A stretch of DNA of 64,000 nt from Scyliorhinus canicula (GCF_902713615.1 NC_052170.1:4588001-4652000); one strand, 5' to 3'; positions 39,621 through 52,404 are shown, counted from the first letter of the stretch. The notes: a model not told the origin generated them from the letters alone. Made by a program: numbers and translations.

Positions 39621-40597
39621 TAAATCGGAATTGTTTTTGCATGAAGGATTAAGCATTTCAAATTTTACAAATGGATGCTGAATTTCATACTTTCATTATA
39701 GTATCAAACACTTTGGACAGTGATTTAGTGTGGTTCCATAATCAGGTGAAAAGTTGTGTAAGTGATGAGTTGCTGTTGATATTCTGTGCCTTGCCTGTCA
39801 AACAGAGGGGAGCTTGGGTATGGCTGGTTTAACAGAAGGTTAAAATTCTGTCCCCCACACCTGCTCCTCCTCCTGCAGTAACTAACAATGGCTGAGCTCA
39901 AACCCCCTGATTTGTGCAAGGTGAAAACTTTGTTCTTGAATGGGCATCTCCTTGCTGGGCAGTAATTGCCCTTGCTTTGGCAATGTGTTTTTGTTTTTTT
40001 TTTTAAAAAGCAATATTCAAATGTGCTAGTTTGTCAACCAATAAATTTGCACTAGTTCAAAACTTGCATGTTGATTTGGATTTGATCCTAGTCATTCTCT
40101 TCCTCCCCACACAGTGCCCTCCCTCTTCTCTCGCTCTCTCGCTCTCTCGCTCTCTGTCTCATTTCTCTCTCTCTCTCTCTCTGCCACACACACACCCCTG
40201 CCTCGCTTGCCCCCTCTCTCTCTCTCTCTCGCGTGGATTAATTCACCACCTAGATTCTTGGTTAATATCTTTGCAAAGAGCTGAAACTCCCAAACAAAAG
40301 TGGATTTTCAGTGCCAAGTTTGTGGAGATGCTAATCTTGTGGAGATACTTATCCGTGTGAGTTAGTCTCTATGCCGTTTTCTCGAGTACAATATGCTATT
40401 TTCTAAACCAGGCAGTGTGGAACTTTGTGATCATCTTGTCAGGAGGAGGCAGTCGATCAGCTGAACTCCGGGGCTGAACTCCGGGGAAGGAGTAAACTTT
40501 GGGAAGGAAGATGTTAAGATGACACTGTACATGTTTCTCCACAAAAATTACATGAGTGTTCCTTTGCATGATTTTTTTTGTGTGAAGGTGTACTGCA

Positions 40598-40603
40598 AAT
40601 AAA
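40598..40603 (+). promoter_or_regulatory. Candidate polyadenylation signal (AATAAA) of the PRR36-like gene
   Basis: AATAAA preceded by TGTA and U-rich elements and followed by GT-rich sequence (gagtgttgagt). Confidence 0.5.
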
Positions 40604-40641
40604 AATTTTTTCAGAAATTGAGTGTTGAGTCAACTTCTTTA

Positions 40642-40760
40642 CCTGGCAGTGACTTGTTCTTACACCCCTAGCTCTCCAGTCTATCTCTTACCGAGCCTAT
40701 CCCTGGCAGTGACTTGCTCTTTTCCCCCAGGTATCCAGTCTACCTCTAGCCGAGCCTGTT
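40642..40760. repeat. Diverged tandem duplication (about 61 bp x2)
   Basis: cctggcagtgacttg...tccagtcta.ctct..ccgagcct at 40642 and 40703. Confidence 0.8.
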
Positions 40761-40995
40761 TCTTAATCCAAATGATTTGTACAGGGGCAGCATCCGTTAC
40801 AGAAGCGGACTTGCTAATTTTTAATGCCTATGATTTGGTTTGAGTAACTTGTGTATCCTACCTGTCTGTCCCTTTTTAGATAATCTTTCCAAAAAAATTG
40901 GAGCAATTGTTGCAGATTACGCCCAATTAAAACTGGCTCTGATAGGCCTTCATGCATCATTGGTGCCTCCCACTGAGACATCACTGCAGACCAAT

Positions 40996-41296
40996 GGGCA
41001 GCATGTTAGCATAGTGGTTAGCACTGCTGCTTCACAGCACCAGGGTTCGATTCCTGGCTTGGGTCACCGTCTGTGCGGAATCTGCATGTTCTCTTTTCCC
41101 CCCCCCCCCCCCCCCCCCCTTGCGTGGATTTCCTCCCACAAGTCCCGAAAGACGTGCTTGTTAGGTGAATTGGACATTCTGAATTCTCCCTCTGTGTACC
41201 CGAACAGGCGCCGGAATGTGGCGACTAGGGGATTTTCACAGTAACTTCATTGCAGTGTTAATGTAAGCCTACTTGTAAAAAAGATTATTACTATTA
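40996..41296 (+). mobile_element. tRNA-derived SINE (type C) between the two predicted 3' ends
   Basis: Head gggcagc...gtggttagcactgctgc and tail ttttcacagtaacttcattgcagtg...agattatta. Confidence 0.88.
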
Positions 41297-41365
41297 TAGT
41301 CTACCTCTTAAAAATATTACAGAATAAATTTCTCCATTTATATTACAAAGTGTGAGAATAAACAA

Positions 41366-41371
41366 TTTAAT
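41366..41371 (-). promoter_or_regulatory. Candidate polyadenylation signal (ATTAAA) of C19orf67
   Basis: tttaat on the plus strand, about 145 nt downstream of the stop codon in AT-rich sequence. Confidence 0.3.
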
Positions 41372-41514
41372 TCCTTGGAGATGTGATCTTGTGGACGCCA
41401 TTCTGCTCGGTTTTAGAAACTGATATTGAGGTGTTTCGAGACCAAAGTGTGTTTCTGTATTTCCTCCTAAACAAATGTGCTGTTTGGGCTGGCTGCTCGC
41501 CTGCACAAAAAGGA

Positions 41515-41796
<282 letters not shown>

Positions 41797-42100
41797 TTAG
41801 AAAACCAGAAGAGAGTCGACCACCCCAACGACGATTCCTTAATTACAAACTGATCAGTTACAGAATGGAGCTGGCGTTTTAAAATTAATTTGAGACGCAA
41901 CTAATTTTTAGTTAAAAAATAAATAACTTTCTAAACCAGGTATAATTTTCCGCATTTGATACACACTCTAGCCTCCGCATCACTGCATTCTCATGGCCTG
42001 GACATACGAACAAGAATTGGGAAAAGTTATTCTGCTCAACCGACCCACAGGGTCCCTTTGCCCTACATTCTGCAGCCCTCTTGGGGCCAGTGTGGAATTG

Positions 42101-44479
42101 TTTATTTTTTTTAAATAATTTTTATTCAAATTTTTCAACAAATTTTCTCCCAACAATAAAATAAACAAGGCATAGAAAAAACAGAAAAGCCCCTACCCCC
42201 AATACAAAGCAATAAATTAATAACAAAAAGAAAGTAACAAACACAGTTGCAAAATCAAACCCCCAAACAGACCCATAATCCCCCCGCCCCCCGGGTTGCT
42301 GCTGGGACTGACCACCCCCTAACACTCCGCCAGGAAATCAAGAAAAGGCTGCCACCGCCGGAAGAACCCTTGTACCGACCCCCTCAGGGCAAACTTGACC
42401 CCCTCCAGCCTGATGAACCCAGCCATGTCATTGATCCAGGCCTCCGGGCTCGGGGGCTTCGCGTCCCTCCACTGTAAGAGAATCCTACGCCGGGCTACTG
42501 GAGACGCAAAGGCCAGAATACCGGCCTCTCTCGCCTCCTGCACTCCCGGCTCCGATGCTACCCCAAAGATCGCGAGCCACCAGCCCGGTTCCACCCTGGA
42601 ACCGACCACCTTGGACAAGGTCCCCGCCACCCCTTTCCAGAACCCCTCCAACGGTGGACACGCCCAGAACATGTGGGTGTGGTTCGCCGGGCCTCCTGCA
42701 CACCTCCCACACCTGTCCTCTCCCCCAAAGAACCGGCTCAGCCTGGCCCCAGTCATGTGCGTCCTATGCAGCACCTTCAGCTGAATTAAGCTGAGCCGTG
42801 CGCAAGAAGAGGACGAGTTCACCCTCCCCAGGGCGTCCGCCCTCGTCGATCTCCTCCCCTAGCTCCTCCTCCCACTTCGCTTTCAGCTCCTCCACCGAGG
42901 CCTCCTCCCCCTCCTGCATTACCTGATAAATTGCCGAGATCCTCCCCTCACCGACCCACGTCCCCGAGAGCACCCTATCCTGCACCCCCCCCCCCCCCCC
43001 CCCCCCTAGGGGCAGCAATGGGAACTCTGCCACCTGCTGCTTAACAAACGCCCTAATCTGCATATACCTGAAAGCATTCCCAGGGGGAGGCCCCACTTCC
43101 CCACTTCCCCTCCAACTCCTCTAAAGTCGCAAACTTCCCATCGAGGAAAGGTCCCCCATCCGCCTGATGCCTGCCCTATGCCAACTCAAAAACCCACCAT
43201 CCATTCTCCCTGGTGCAAACCGGTGATTGCCCCGTATCGGGGCCTACACTGAGACCTTCACTTCCCCCCCCCCCTCCGCCTCCACTGCCCCCCAATTTTG
43301 AGGGAAGCCACCACTACTGGACTCGTGGGATACCTTGCCGGGGGGGAATGGGAGCGGGGCCGTCACCAGTGCCTCCAAACTCGTACCCACACAGGATGCC
43401 AACTCCAACCTCTTCCATGCAGCACCCTACCCCTCCATCACCCACCTACGAATCGTTGCCACATTCGCAGCCCAGTAATACCCACACAGGTTGGGCAACG
43501 CCAAACCATCGCGCCCACAAGAACCCCAGAATAATCTTTTTAACCCTCTTTAAAAAAAACCTTCGGAATCAAGATGGGGAGACACTGGAAGAGAAACAAA
43601 AACCTCGGGAGCACCGGCATCTTAACCGACTGGACCCTGCCCGCCAAAGAGAGTGGCAGCGCATCCCACCTCCTAAACTCCTCCTCCATCTGTTCCACCA
43701 GCCTCTCAAAGTTTAGCCTATGCAGGGCCCCCTAGCTATCTGAACACCACGATATCTAAAGTTCCTCTGCGCCCTCTTCAACGGGAGCTCCCCTATCTCC
43801 CTCTCCTGGTCCCCCAAGTGTAGCACAAACAGCTCACTCTTCCCCACGTTGAGCTTGTAGCCCGAAAAGTCCCCAAACTCCTCAACACCTCTGGCATCCC
43901 CCCCGCCGGATCCGCGATGTACAACAGTAAATCATCTGTGTACAGCGACAACCGGTGCTCCTCCCCCCCTCCCCCCCCCCCCGCCCGCACAATCCCCCTC
44001 CAGTTCTTCAAATTCCTCAACGCCATGGCCAGGGGTTCAATCGCTAATGCGAAGAGCAGGGGAGACAAGGGGCACCCCTGCCTCGTCCCCCGAGACAGCC
44101 AAAAATCCTCCGACCTCCTCCCATTCGTCACCACGCTCGCTACCGGGGCACTATACAGCAGCCGCACCCAGCTAATGAATCCCTCACCAAACCCAAATCT
44201 CCTCAACACTTCCCACAGGTAGCTCCACTCCAACCTATCGAAGGCTTTCTCCGCATCCACCGATGCTACTATCTCCGCCTCCCCATCCGCCGACGACATC
44301 ATCATGACATTAAGAAGCCGCCGTACATTAACATTCAGCTGCCTCCCCTTCACAAACCCCGTCTGGTCCTCATGGATAACCATCGGGACCACACCTTCCA
44401 CCCTCCTGGACAGTATCTTCGCCAACAACTTTGCGTCCACGTTGAGGAGCGAGATCGGCCTGTAAAACCCACACTGGAG
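42101..44479 (-). mobile_element. 5'-truncated L1-clade LINE, same family, in the last C19orf67 intron
   Basis: 18-bp TSD ggggccagtgtggaattg (42083-42100 and 44480-44497). RT motifs YRPISLLNVDAK, GTRQGCPLSPLLF and LYTDD. C-terminal CxxC...HxxxxC knuckle. Aligns by eye to 31689-34120. Confidence 0.95.
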
Positions 44480-44688
44480 GGGGCCAGTGTGGAATTGGTA
44501 ATACAGCTCGAGGTTAAACTGTTCCCATAGCACTTATTGACGTAACCATTTGCTGCTCTGAGCCATTCTTGCCTCACTGCTGCTGTTCTGAACTCTTTCT
44601 TTAGCTCCTCGTACCTTCAACATGAACTGCAGCCATAAAAGACAAGACTGCTCACATTAAATACCTGTTCCGCTTCTCTTTACCCCCC

Positions 44689-44724
<36 letters not shown>

Positions 44725-45423
44725 ACAAAGCAAAGAGGAGAACAAAATTTGGGATGTCCTATGCTAAAAGGTAAGGCGGCTACAATCGGGGCACAAGGCA
44801 GCACCTGATGGAGGAATGTGTTACAGCATTGTGTTCTACCTGAGCATAGGGAGGATAACTAACTAGATGGTGCAACATGCCAATGTATCTCTTTCACTCC
44901 ACTGATTTCCTCTCCTGTATTAGTGCCACTCCAGTTGAAAACCAGCCACAAAGTGTCTGTAGAAGTGATTTAAGATTTCAATGATGGGAAAGTACATACG
45001 GCAGCGATTATGTGGGTTTGTTTTGGAGTATTTCCAGGCCCTGTACTTAGCCTCTCACACATCCTCATTCAATAAAGATCCATTACACCACACAGTCTGA
45101 TCATGTTTCAATTGGTATAATGTTGCAAAGTGCCTGATATACCACCATTAAAGAATGTTTATTTTGCTGAAAGGGCTGATATTGGACCTGGCAGTTAAAT
45201 GTTGTTGTTGGAACTCTATTTCAGATAAGATTAAAGCGCAGCCCGATGATTATAGCCCCACTGAGTTTTGCAAGAGGGGAGAAAAGATGCAGATGATGTA
45301 GAGCGAGTGGAGGTGGGCGGAACAGAAACACGAGCAATGCATCTTGACGTGGCGAATGGTGTGTGCCCGCGCAGTACATTCCAAGTAATTCTGTAGCGTG
45401 TAAAGCTCAAAGGCAGCGGTTAC

Positions 45424-45579
45424 CAGCAAAGAAGATCGGGCTCCCCTGGAGATGGTTCTACCTGAATCCAGCGACCGATTGACCAGAGACGCCTGCTTTT
45501 GGCAGTGGCAGCGGTACTTTTGGAACCGGGCTGGGCTGTGTCCACTACTTGATTCGCTTCCTTGAAGCACAGGAAGTAA
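45424..45579 (-). CDS. C19orf67: C19orf67 homologue, coding exon 5
   Basis: gtgcag acceptor and TG|gtaacc donor. Encodes YFLCFKE...LWSIGRWIQVEPSPGEPDLLCW. Confidence 0.9.
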
Positions 45580-45863
45580 CTGCACAACAATATAACAGGA
45601 CAGTAAAGGGGCAAGTCTGAATGAGAGAGGAATCCGTGTAGCAAATGCAACCGATATTGGCAATACACCTGATACAAGTCAACCAACAATGCTCAGAACA
45701 GCTAAAGTATATTAATCTATACATCATATAAAATAGCATGGTTAGAATCTTACTGCACGGTGGTGGTTGGGGGGGGGGGGGGAGGGCGGGGTGGCAACTA
45801 TGGGCTCCTAGAATAGAATCAAAGGAGGGGGATTGTGTCCCCAATGGCTTTTCTGCAAATATA

Positions 45864-46104
45864 GATAGAATTTACAGTGCAGGAGGAGGCCATTCGGCCC
45901 ATCGGGTCTGCACCGGCTCTTGGAAAGAGCACCCTACCCAAGGTTAACACCTCCACCCTATCCCCATAACCCAGTAACCCCACCCAACACTAAGGGCAAT
46001 TTTGGACACTAAGGGCAATTTAGCACGGCCAATCCACCTAACCTGCACATCTTTGGATTGTGGGAGGAAACCCACGCACACACGGGGAGAACGTGCAGAC
46101 TCCA
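45864..46104 (-). mobile_element. HE1-like SINE (type A), partial
   Basis: Reverse complement matches the 3' two-thirds of 3693-4035. Confidence 0.88.
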
Positions 46105-46394
46105 TATAACTCGGCTAATCCCACTCCTCTTGCTCTTTCCCCATAAAGCTGTGATTCGTTTCACTCCCCAAGTGCTTGTCCCAAGTCCTTTTTTTGAAAG
46201 CCACGTTTGAATTTACCTCCACCACACCCAGGCAGTGAGTTCCCGATCCTAATGATTCAATGCGGGGCGGGGACGGGGGGGAGGGGGGCGGAACATTCTC
46301 GTGTTGCTCTTGGTTCTTTTGAAAATCTGCATTCCTTCCATTATTGCCAGCACTTTCTCTCTCTACCTGTGTCGGCCCCTCATGATTTTGAACA

Positions 46395-47412
46395 TTAAGT
46401 GTGAGGTGATGCATTTTGGGAGGACTAACACGGTAAGGGAAGACACAATGGAGGTGTTGGAACCAACAATTCTACGGACACGTGCTTGTAGGATTAGAAT
46501 AGCGGTTTTAATATACTCACAACAGAGCCAGCCTGTTAGCCATTGAACTTTCGGTGAATTGGCCGGCTGACCATGTGGCACTGATCTTTATACAGCAGGT
46601 CCAGGGGGAGGAGCCCAGTACAATTCTCGAGCATGCCCAGAGCTACTCCCCCTGGTGGTCAGGTAGTGCAACTGCACTTACAATATAGACACATGTATAT
46701 ACAGATTATAATCCAGTGTGAATCACATTCACCACAGGAGGTCCAAAGGGACTTTGAGACCTGAAGGCAGCAGGGCAGTTAGATAAGGTGGTTAAGATGT
46801 CATATGGGATGTTTGCCTTTATTAGCCGAGGGACAGAATATAAGAGCAGGGAGGTTATGGTGGAGCTGTATAAAACGCTGCTTAGGTCACAGCTGGTGTA
46901 TTGTGTGCAGTTCTGGTCGTCACACTATAGAAAGGATGTAATTGTAATGAGAGGGTGCAGAGGAGATTCACCAGGATGTTACCTGGACTGGGGTGTTTCA
47001 GCTACAGAGAGAGGCTGGGTTTGTTTTCCTTGGAGCAGAAAAGGCTGAGGGGGGTACCTGATCAAGATGTACAAAATTGTGGGACATAAATAGGGTGGAT
47101 AGGAAGAAATGTTTCCCCTCAGTCGAGGGGGTCAGTAACTGGGGATTTGAGGTAAAGGGGCGGCAGGTTTAGAGGGGATGTGAGGGGAAACCTTTTCACC
47201 CAGAGGGCGGTGGGAATCTGGAACTCGCTGCCTGAAAGGGTGGTGGAGGCGGGAACCCTCATAACATTTAAGAAGCATTCAGGCGAGTGATTGAAATGTC
47301 GGGCGACGGGCCAAGTGCTGGAAAAAGGATGAGAATGGATAGGTGCTTATGTCTGCCACAGATACGGTGGGCCGAAGGGCCTCGTTTTGTGCTGTAAAAC
47401 TCTATGACTCTA
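46395..47412 (+). mobile_element. CR1-clade LINE 3' fragment interrupted by a solo LTR
   Basis: Peptides KCEVMHFGRTN, LYKTLLRSQLVYCVQFWS and FTQRAVGIWNSLP. Tail gggccgaagggcc...ctctatgactctat. Confidence 0.85.
46455..46736 (-). mobile_element. Solo LTR
   Basis: TGT...ACA termini, 5-bp TSD ggagg, minus-strand TATAAA and ATTAAA. Interrupts a CR1 fragment. Confidence 0.85.
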
Positions 47413-47700
47413 TCCCCCTCCTGGAACTCCCTCCCTAACAGCACAGTGGGTGTACCTACACCACGTGGACTGCAGCAGTTCAAAGAGGTCGATCACCACC
47501 AACTTCACAAGGGCAATTAGGGATGGACAATAAACGCTGGCCGAGTCGGTCAGTGAGGGCCGCATCCCATAAAGTGAATTTAAATAAATCTCCTCTCGAT
47601 CTCTCTCTGTCTGAGGGGAACAACTCCGACTTCTCCTGTCCAGCCACGTAACTGATGTCCTTCGCCCCTGGATCCATTCACCTTGTACATCTATACTTAC

Positions 47701-47889
47701 TATTCCGTACACGGTTCCATCGCATCCCCAAAGGATGTCCCTTCGCTGATGTCCACGTTCCAGCGGATTTTTTTGAAGAGCAGAGCTGGCTCCTTGGCTG
47801 CTGTGTAAGGGACGGGCATACAGTATCGGAAAGTGGAAACTCGGAACCAATGTCCAAGGCGGAACTCTCCTCTGTAGAAGTAGCAGATA
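47701..47889 (-). CDS. C19orf67: C19orf67 homologue, coding exon 4
   Basis: gttccag acceptor and TA|gtaagt donor. Encodes ICYFYRGEFRLGHWFRVSTFRYCMPVPYTAAKEPALLFKKIRWNVD. Confidence 0.9.
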
Positions 47890-48313
47890 CTGGAACGCCG
47901 GGATTGTGTTTTTTCAAACAAGGAGGAAGAAAAGAGGATGGGGGAAATGATTAGAACCCTCTGTCTTCTCTTCCAGATACAAAAAAACCCCACAGTGCTT
48001 AAAGCCTTCTACATTGTCAAAGATTGCCCCCCCCCCCCCCCATCCCAATATCGTGTGCCGTTCTTAACCTCATGGGTCAGGAAAGATGTCGAAGCTTTGA
48101 AGATGGTGCACAGGAGGTTGGAAGGATTGGCACCAGGGAGGAGGAGCTTCAGTCACATGGAGTGACTGGAGAAATTGGCTGCCCCCACCCACCCAACCCC
48201 AACCCCGAGCAGAGAAGGGGGAAATTTAGTGGAAGTGCTCCAAAATCACAAAAGATTTTGCTAGAGTAAATAGGGAGGAAGTGTTCGCTTGGCCAGAGAA
48301 GTTGCAAACTTAA

Positions 48314-48958
48314 GGGCGGCACGGTAGCACAGTGGTTAGCACTGTTGCTAGACAGCGCCAGGGTCCTGGGTTCGATTCCAGCCTCGGGTCACTGTCTGTG
48401 TGGAGCCTGCGCGTTCTCCCCGTGTCTGCGTGGGTTTCCTCCAGGTGCTCCGGTTTCCTCCCACAGATGCGCGGATTAGGTGGATTGGCCAGGATAAATT
48501 GGCCCTTAGTGTCCAAAAAGGTAAGGTGGGGTTACCGGGTTACGGCGATAGGGTGGAGGTGTGGGTTTAGGTAGGGTGCGTGATTTCAGGGGCTGGTGTG
48601 GACTCGATGGGAGGGGTTACGGTGATAGGGTGGAGGTGTGGGCTTAGGTAGGGTGCGCGCTTTCAGGGCTGGTGTGGACTCGATGGGAGGGGTTACGGTG
48701 ATAGGGGGGAGGTGTGGGTTTAGGTAGGGTGTGTGATTTCAGGGGCCGGTGGAGACTCGATGGGAGAGGTTACGGTGATAGGGTGGAGGTGTGGGCTTAG
48801 GTAGGGTGCGTGATTTCAGGGGCTGGTGTAGACTCGATGGGAGGGGTTACGGTGATAGGGTGGAAGTGTGGGCTTAGGTAGGGTGCGTGATTTCAGGGGC
48901 TGGTGTGGACTCGATGGCCCGAATGGCTTCCTTCTGCATTGTAAATTCTATGATTATG
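48314..48958 (+). mobile_element. HE1-like SINE with an internal 77-bp segment amplified 5x
   Basis: Intact head and tail. Repeat units start at 48538, 48615, 48691, 48768 and 48845. Confidence 0.92.
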
Positions 48959-49444
48959 TCGGTTAAAAGATAATTAGCAAAATTATCAGGGCGGGGAGAT
49001 GAGGATTTTTTAAAGTGGTGATTTGTTACCATGTGGGATATGCTGTCTGAAAGAGAGGTGGAAGCAGATTCAACTGTAATGTTTGAAAGGGAAAGGGAGA
49101 AATACTCTCATTGGCCATACAGGCAGCTGTTTTGAGGCCTTGTTCAAGTGGTTTTGCTGCATCTTTTGCTGCGACAGCAGGTTAATGGTTATATTGCAGC
49201 CTTCGGAAATGCTGAAACCAAATCAGCGACACACACACAGGGAAGAGCCCGGCACTACCCTGATAGGTGTGATTCAGAACCAGGTGAGGCAGACCAGATC
49301 AGCAGGGGACTGGATTAGGAACGGAGCAGACAGTCGACTCTCCTGGAGCCAGTTTGAAATGATTTGATTTTGCCAGAGTCTGATTGTTTTTTTCCCCCCT
49401 CGGGATTCGGATTGTATCTCGGTGATGGCGATGGGCCCTGTTAC

Positions 49445-49545
49445 CTGCAGGGGTCGGTCTCCTCCAGCGAGATGAAGCCAAAGGATGCGTACATGAGGAC
49501 CAGCTGCTCCAGACTCGAGGCCAGATGCTGGGAGAACTGCAAGAG
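49445..49545 (-). CDS. C19orf67: C19orf67 homologue, coding exon 3
   Basis: tttttccag acceptor and AG|gtaac donor. Encodes [33 protein letters not shown], containing the conserved [13 protein letters not shown]. Confidence 0.92.
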
Positions 49546-49685
49546 CTGGAAAAACAGAGTAAAGATCGGGTAGACACCGAGAACACGAACGGCAATACGT
49601 ACAGGAAGAAGACAGCGCGAATCGCACCAGAACTACACCTGCAAAGGTCTTTGCCTGGTTTGTGCCAAAGACGTGCAGAAATACT

Positions 49686-50049
49686 TGTGGTGTTATTTGT
49701 GTTGCTTATTTAGGATGGTTGGCCACAAAGACCACAGTGTAGCTTTTACTTAAACAAAGCTATGATTTTATTTACACTTGGTTTTGACACATAGTCCTTA
49801 TTACAATATAAATTGATCAAGAACATCTAACAACACTCACCTACTGCTAATCTCACTCACTGGTATAAACTATAATCTAACCTTGTCCCACTAACTGCTC
49901 TGATGACCGTCTCTAGCTATCTCCTGCTTACACTCCTCCCCTAAGGTTTAGCATCACTGCTTTATATAGTTGTATCTGCAGCTCCCTCCAGTGGCCACGC
50001 TCTACACTACATTAACCCTTAGAATGCTGATAGTTATGATAATACCACA
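49686..50049 (-). mobile_element. Solo LTR
   Basis: Inverted termini TGTGGT...ACCACA, 5-bp TSD atact, minus-strand TATATAAA (about 49961) and AATAAA (about 49767). Confidence 0.88.
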
Positions 50050-50496
50050 ATACTGACAATAAAACGGGGCACAGGTCAGTGAAGGAATGACCGCCCCTGA
50101 ATTCTCACAGGTTAAAGTGTAAACCGAGAGAGGGGAATTTCTATGAAATCACACCAGCCACTTGACCCCTGATACAGAATTTGCAGCACTCGCTTTAAAA
50201 ATACTTCAAAATCCTTGCTTGCAAATCGCTCCCATAGACTCGCCGCCCCCCTGTCTCTGTAACCTCCTCTAGCCGCATAACCTGTGCTCCTCCAAACTCC
50301 GGCCGCCTAAACGTCCCCAATCTTCGCTGTGCCTTCAGCTACGCTCTGGAATTCCCTCCATAAAACCTCTCTACCTCTCTCTCCTCCTCCTCAAAGCCTA
50401 CCTCATTGATCAAGCTTCTGATTGCCTTGTCCCAATATCTCCTTCTGTGAGCCGGTGTCAAGCGCCTCAGGCGTGTTGACACATCACAGCGGCTCT

Positions 50497-50770
50497 ATAG
50501 AACATACAGTGCAGAAGGAGGCTATTCGGCCCATCGAGTCTGCGCTGACACACTTGAGCCCTCACTTCCACCCGATCCCCAATAACCCCTCCTAATCTTT
50601 TTGGGCACAAAGGGCAATTTAGCGTGACCAATCCACCTAACAAGCACGTCTTTCGGGACTTGTGGGGGGAAACCGGAGCACCCGGAGGAAACCCACGCAG
50701 ACACGGGGAGGACGTGCAGACTCCGCACAGACAGTGACCCAGCGGGGAATCGAACCTGGGACCCTGGAAC
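50497..50770 (-). mobile_element. SINE with type C core start and type A (CR1) tail
   Basis: Carries gcacgtctttcgggacttgtgg of type C but continues into the HE1-like body and tail. Confidence 0.8.
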
Positions 50771-50934
50771 CACTGGGCTACCGAGCTGCATATAAATACA
50801 GTTGTTCGCTTCCTGACAGGAACCACATTATTATAGCAATGAAGATCCTTCCATGTTTTCAGCTACAATACAGCACCTCATTGCTGCCTCAGAGAATAGA
50901 CTGAAAACTGAACCCTGGAAATGGCACAGGAATG

Positions 50935-51340
50935 GCCGTGCATTTATATAGCATCTTTCGTGACTTCTCAACGTGCTGTACAGCCAGTGAAGAACTTTTG
51001 AACTGTCGTCACTGTTGTAAAGTAGGAAATGCAGCAGCCAATCTGTGCACAGCAAGATCCCACACACAGCAATGTGACAATGGCCCAGATCTGATGTTGA
51101 TTGAGGGATAAGCATTGACCGGGACACTGGGGAGAATTCCCTTGCTCTTCTTCGAGATAGTGCCCACAGGATCTTTCCTGCCAATCCGAGAGGGCAGACG
51201 GTTGGTTTAACGATTCAGTCAAGAAGCTGGTAGCTCCGGCAGGATCGCACTCCCCCAGGACTGGCACCGGGAGCGTTGGCCTGGTTTATGTTGCGTTGTT
51301 CAAGCTTCCCCTGAGTGGGCAGGACCAGCTCGGGAACCTT
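50935..51340 (-). mobile_element. DeuSINE (SacSINE1/AmnSINE1-like) relic
   Basis: Contains ggacactggggagaattcccttgctcttcttcgagatagtgcc..ggatcttt, which I recognise as the Deu domain, plus an L2-like tail (gcatttatatagc). Confidence 0.75.
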
Positions 51341-51377
51341 TGCCTAACGCTTATCGATCTTATTCCTAAAGCATTAC

Positions 51378-51522
51378 CCGTTTCTGGATATACTTGGGTA
51401 GAGGTTTCCGGTCGGAATGGATGCTGCGAGCGGTGGATTCCAGGTAGGCAAAGTATGGCTGGCACGTCTTCACAAAGATCGGCACGGCTCTGGCAAACTC
51501 CTCGTTGTGGATTCGGTCTCTG
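51378..51522 (-). CDS. C19orf67: C19orf67 homologue, coding exon 2
   Basis: ccttacag acceptor and CGG|gtaatg donor. Encodes RDRIHNEEFARAVPIFVKTCQPYFAYLESTARSIHSDRKPLPKYIQKR, a frame not in the ORF track. Confidence 0.9.
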
Positions 51523-52404
51523 CTGTAAGGAGGAAAGCAGACTGAAGGTGGTCAAGTAGCGGACAGCAAAGATTTGTTTAGCCTTTCAGCCTGATCCTTC
51601 AGCTATCAAATCCATTGGTTCTGAACAATGGAACCAACAGTTCCTTAACCAAGAGGATTTGAGGACAGGGCAAGAAACAGAGGAACGAGAGAGGAGAAAA
51701 TAGAATTAATTCAGACACAAATCAGGTACAGAAAGAGAAATAAAGAGAGGGAAAGAAAGATTGATTGCGAGGGAGAGGGAAAACAGACAGAAGGAAAAGA
51801 AGATATTTTTAAAAAATCTCTAACAACAATTTACCACATGTGAGCATGAGATTTCAATGTTTTAAACTGTTCCCTTTCTGGGCAGGATAGGTTGATTGGT
51901 GCTGTCGGAGGATAAATCCCTAAAGAAGGATACCTAGACTCTCAAGTTCCTGCCCTAACCTCCTTTGATGAGTTTGATGGGTAATTCACGCACAAATGCA
52001 GCAACTGTGGGAAACTCCCGGGGAGTTTGAAGGGGAACTGATGCTTTTGCGAGGCTAATGGCGGACTGATGCAAATTGTCTAGTAACATGTGGTGATTCA
52101 GATGCCTCCCCCTCACCAAAGATCGCGGTACGGTGTCTCCGAAACGGCAGTGATTTGGGCAGCAAAATTTCCGCCAACTATTAGATGTCATCATGATTCT
52201 GGCCATAAACTACACCTGTCCCCCACAGCCATATAAATTTGAAAAAGGCACAAAAAAAAAACCATCCATTGGTCACGGCCTCAGCTGCAGAAGGACAGTC
52301 AGGTGGCTGAAGAATTGGACAAAACTAAATGACAAGGGACCAGAATAAAATGGAGCTTCACTTCCGTCAGAAAGAGTAAGAATAGAAGTGAGACGGGCCA
52401 ATAC

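Larger units (their letters stand above)
37973..40620 (+). other. PRR36: Probable 3' UTR of the PRR36-like gene
   Basis: AT-rich, largely repeat-poor stretch after the stop codon. (TG)n at about 37976-37997, (CT)n at about 40125-40230. Ends near AATAAA at 40598. Confidence 0.55.
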
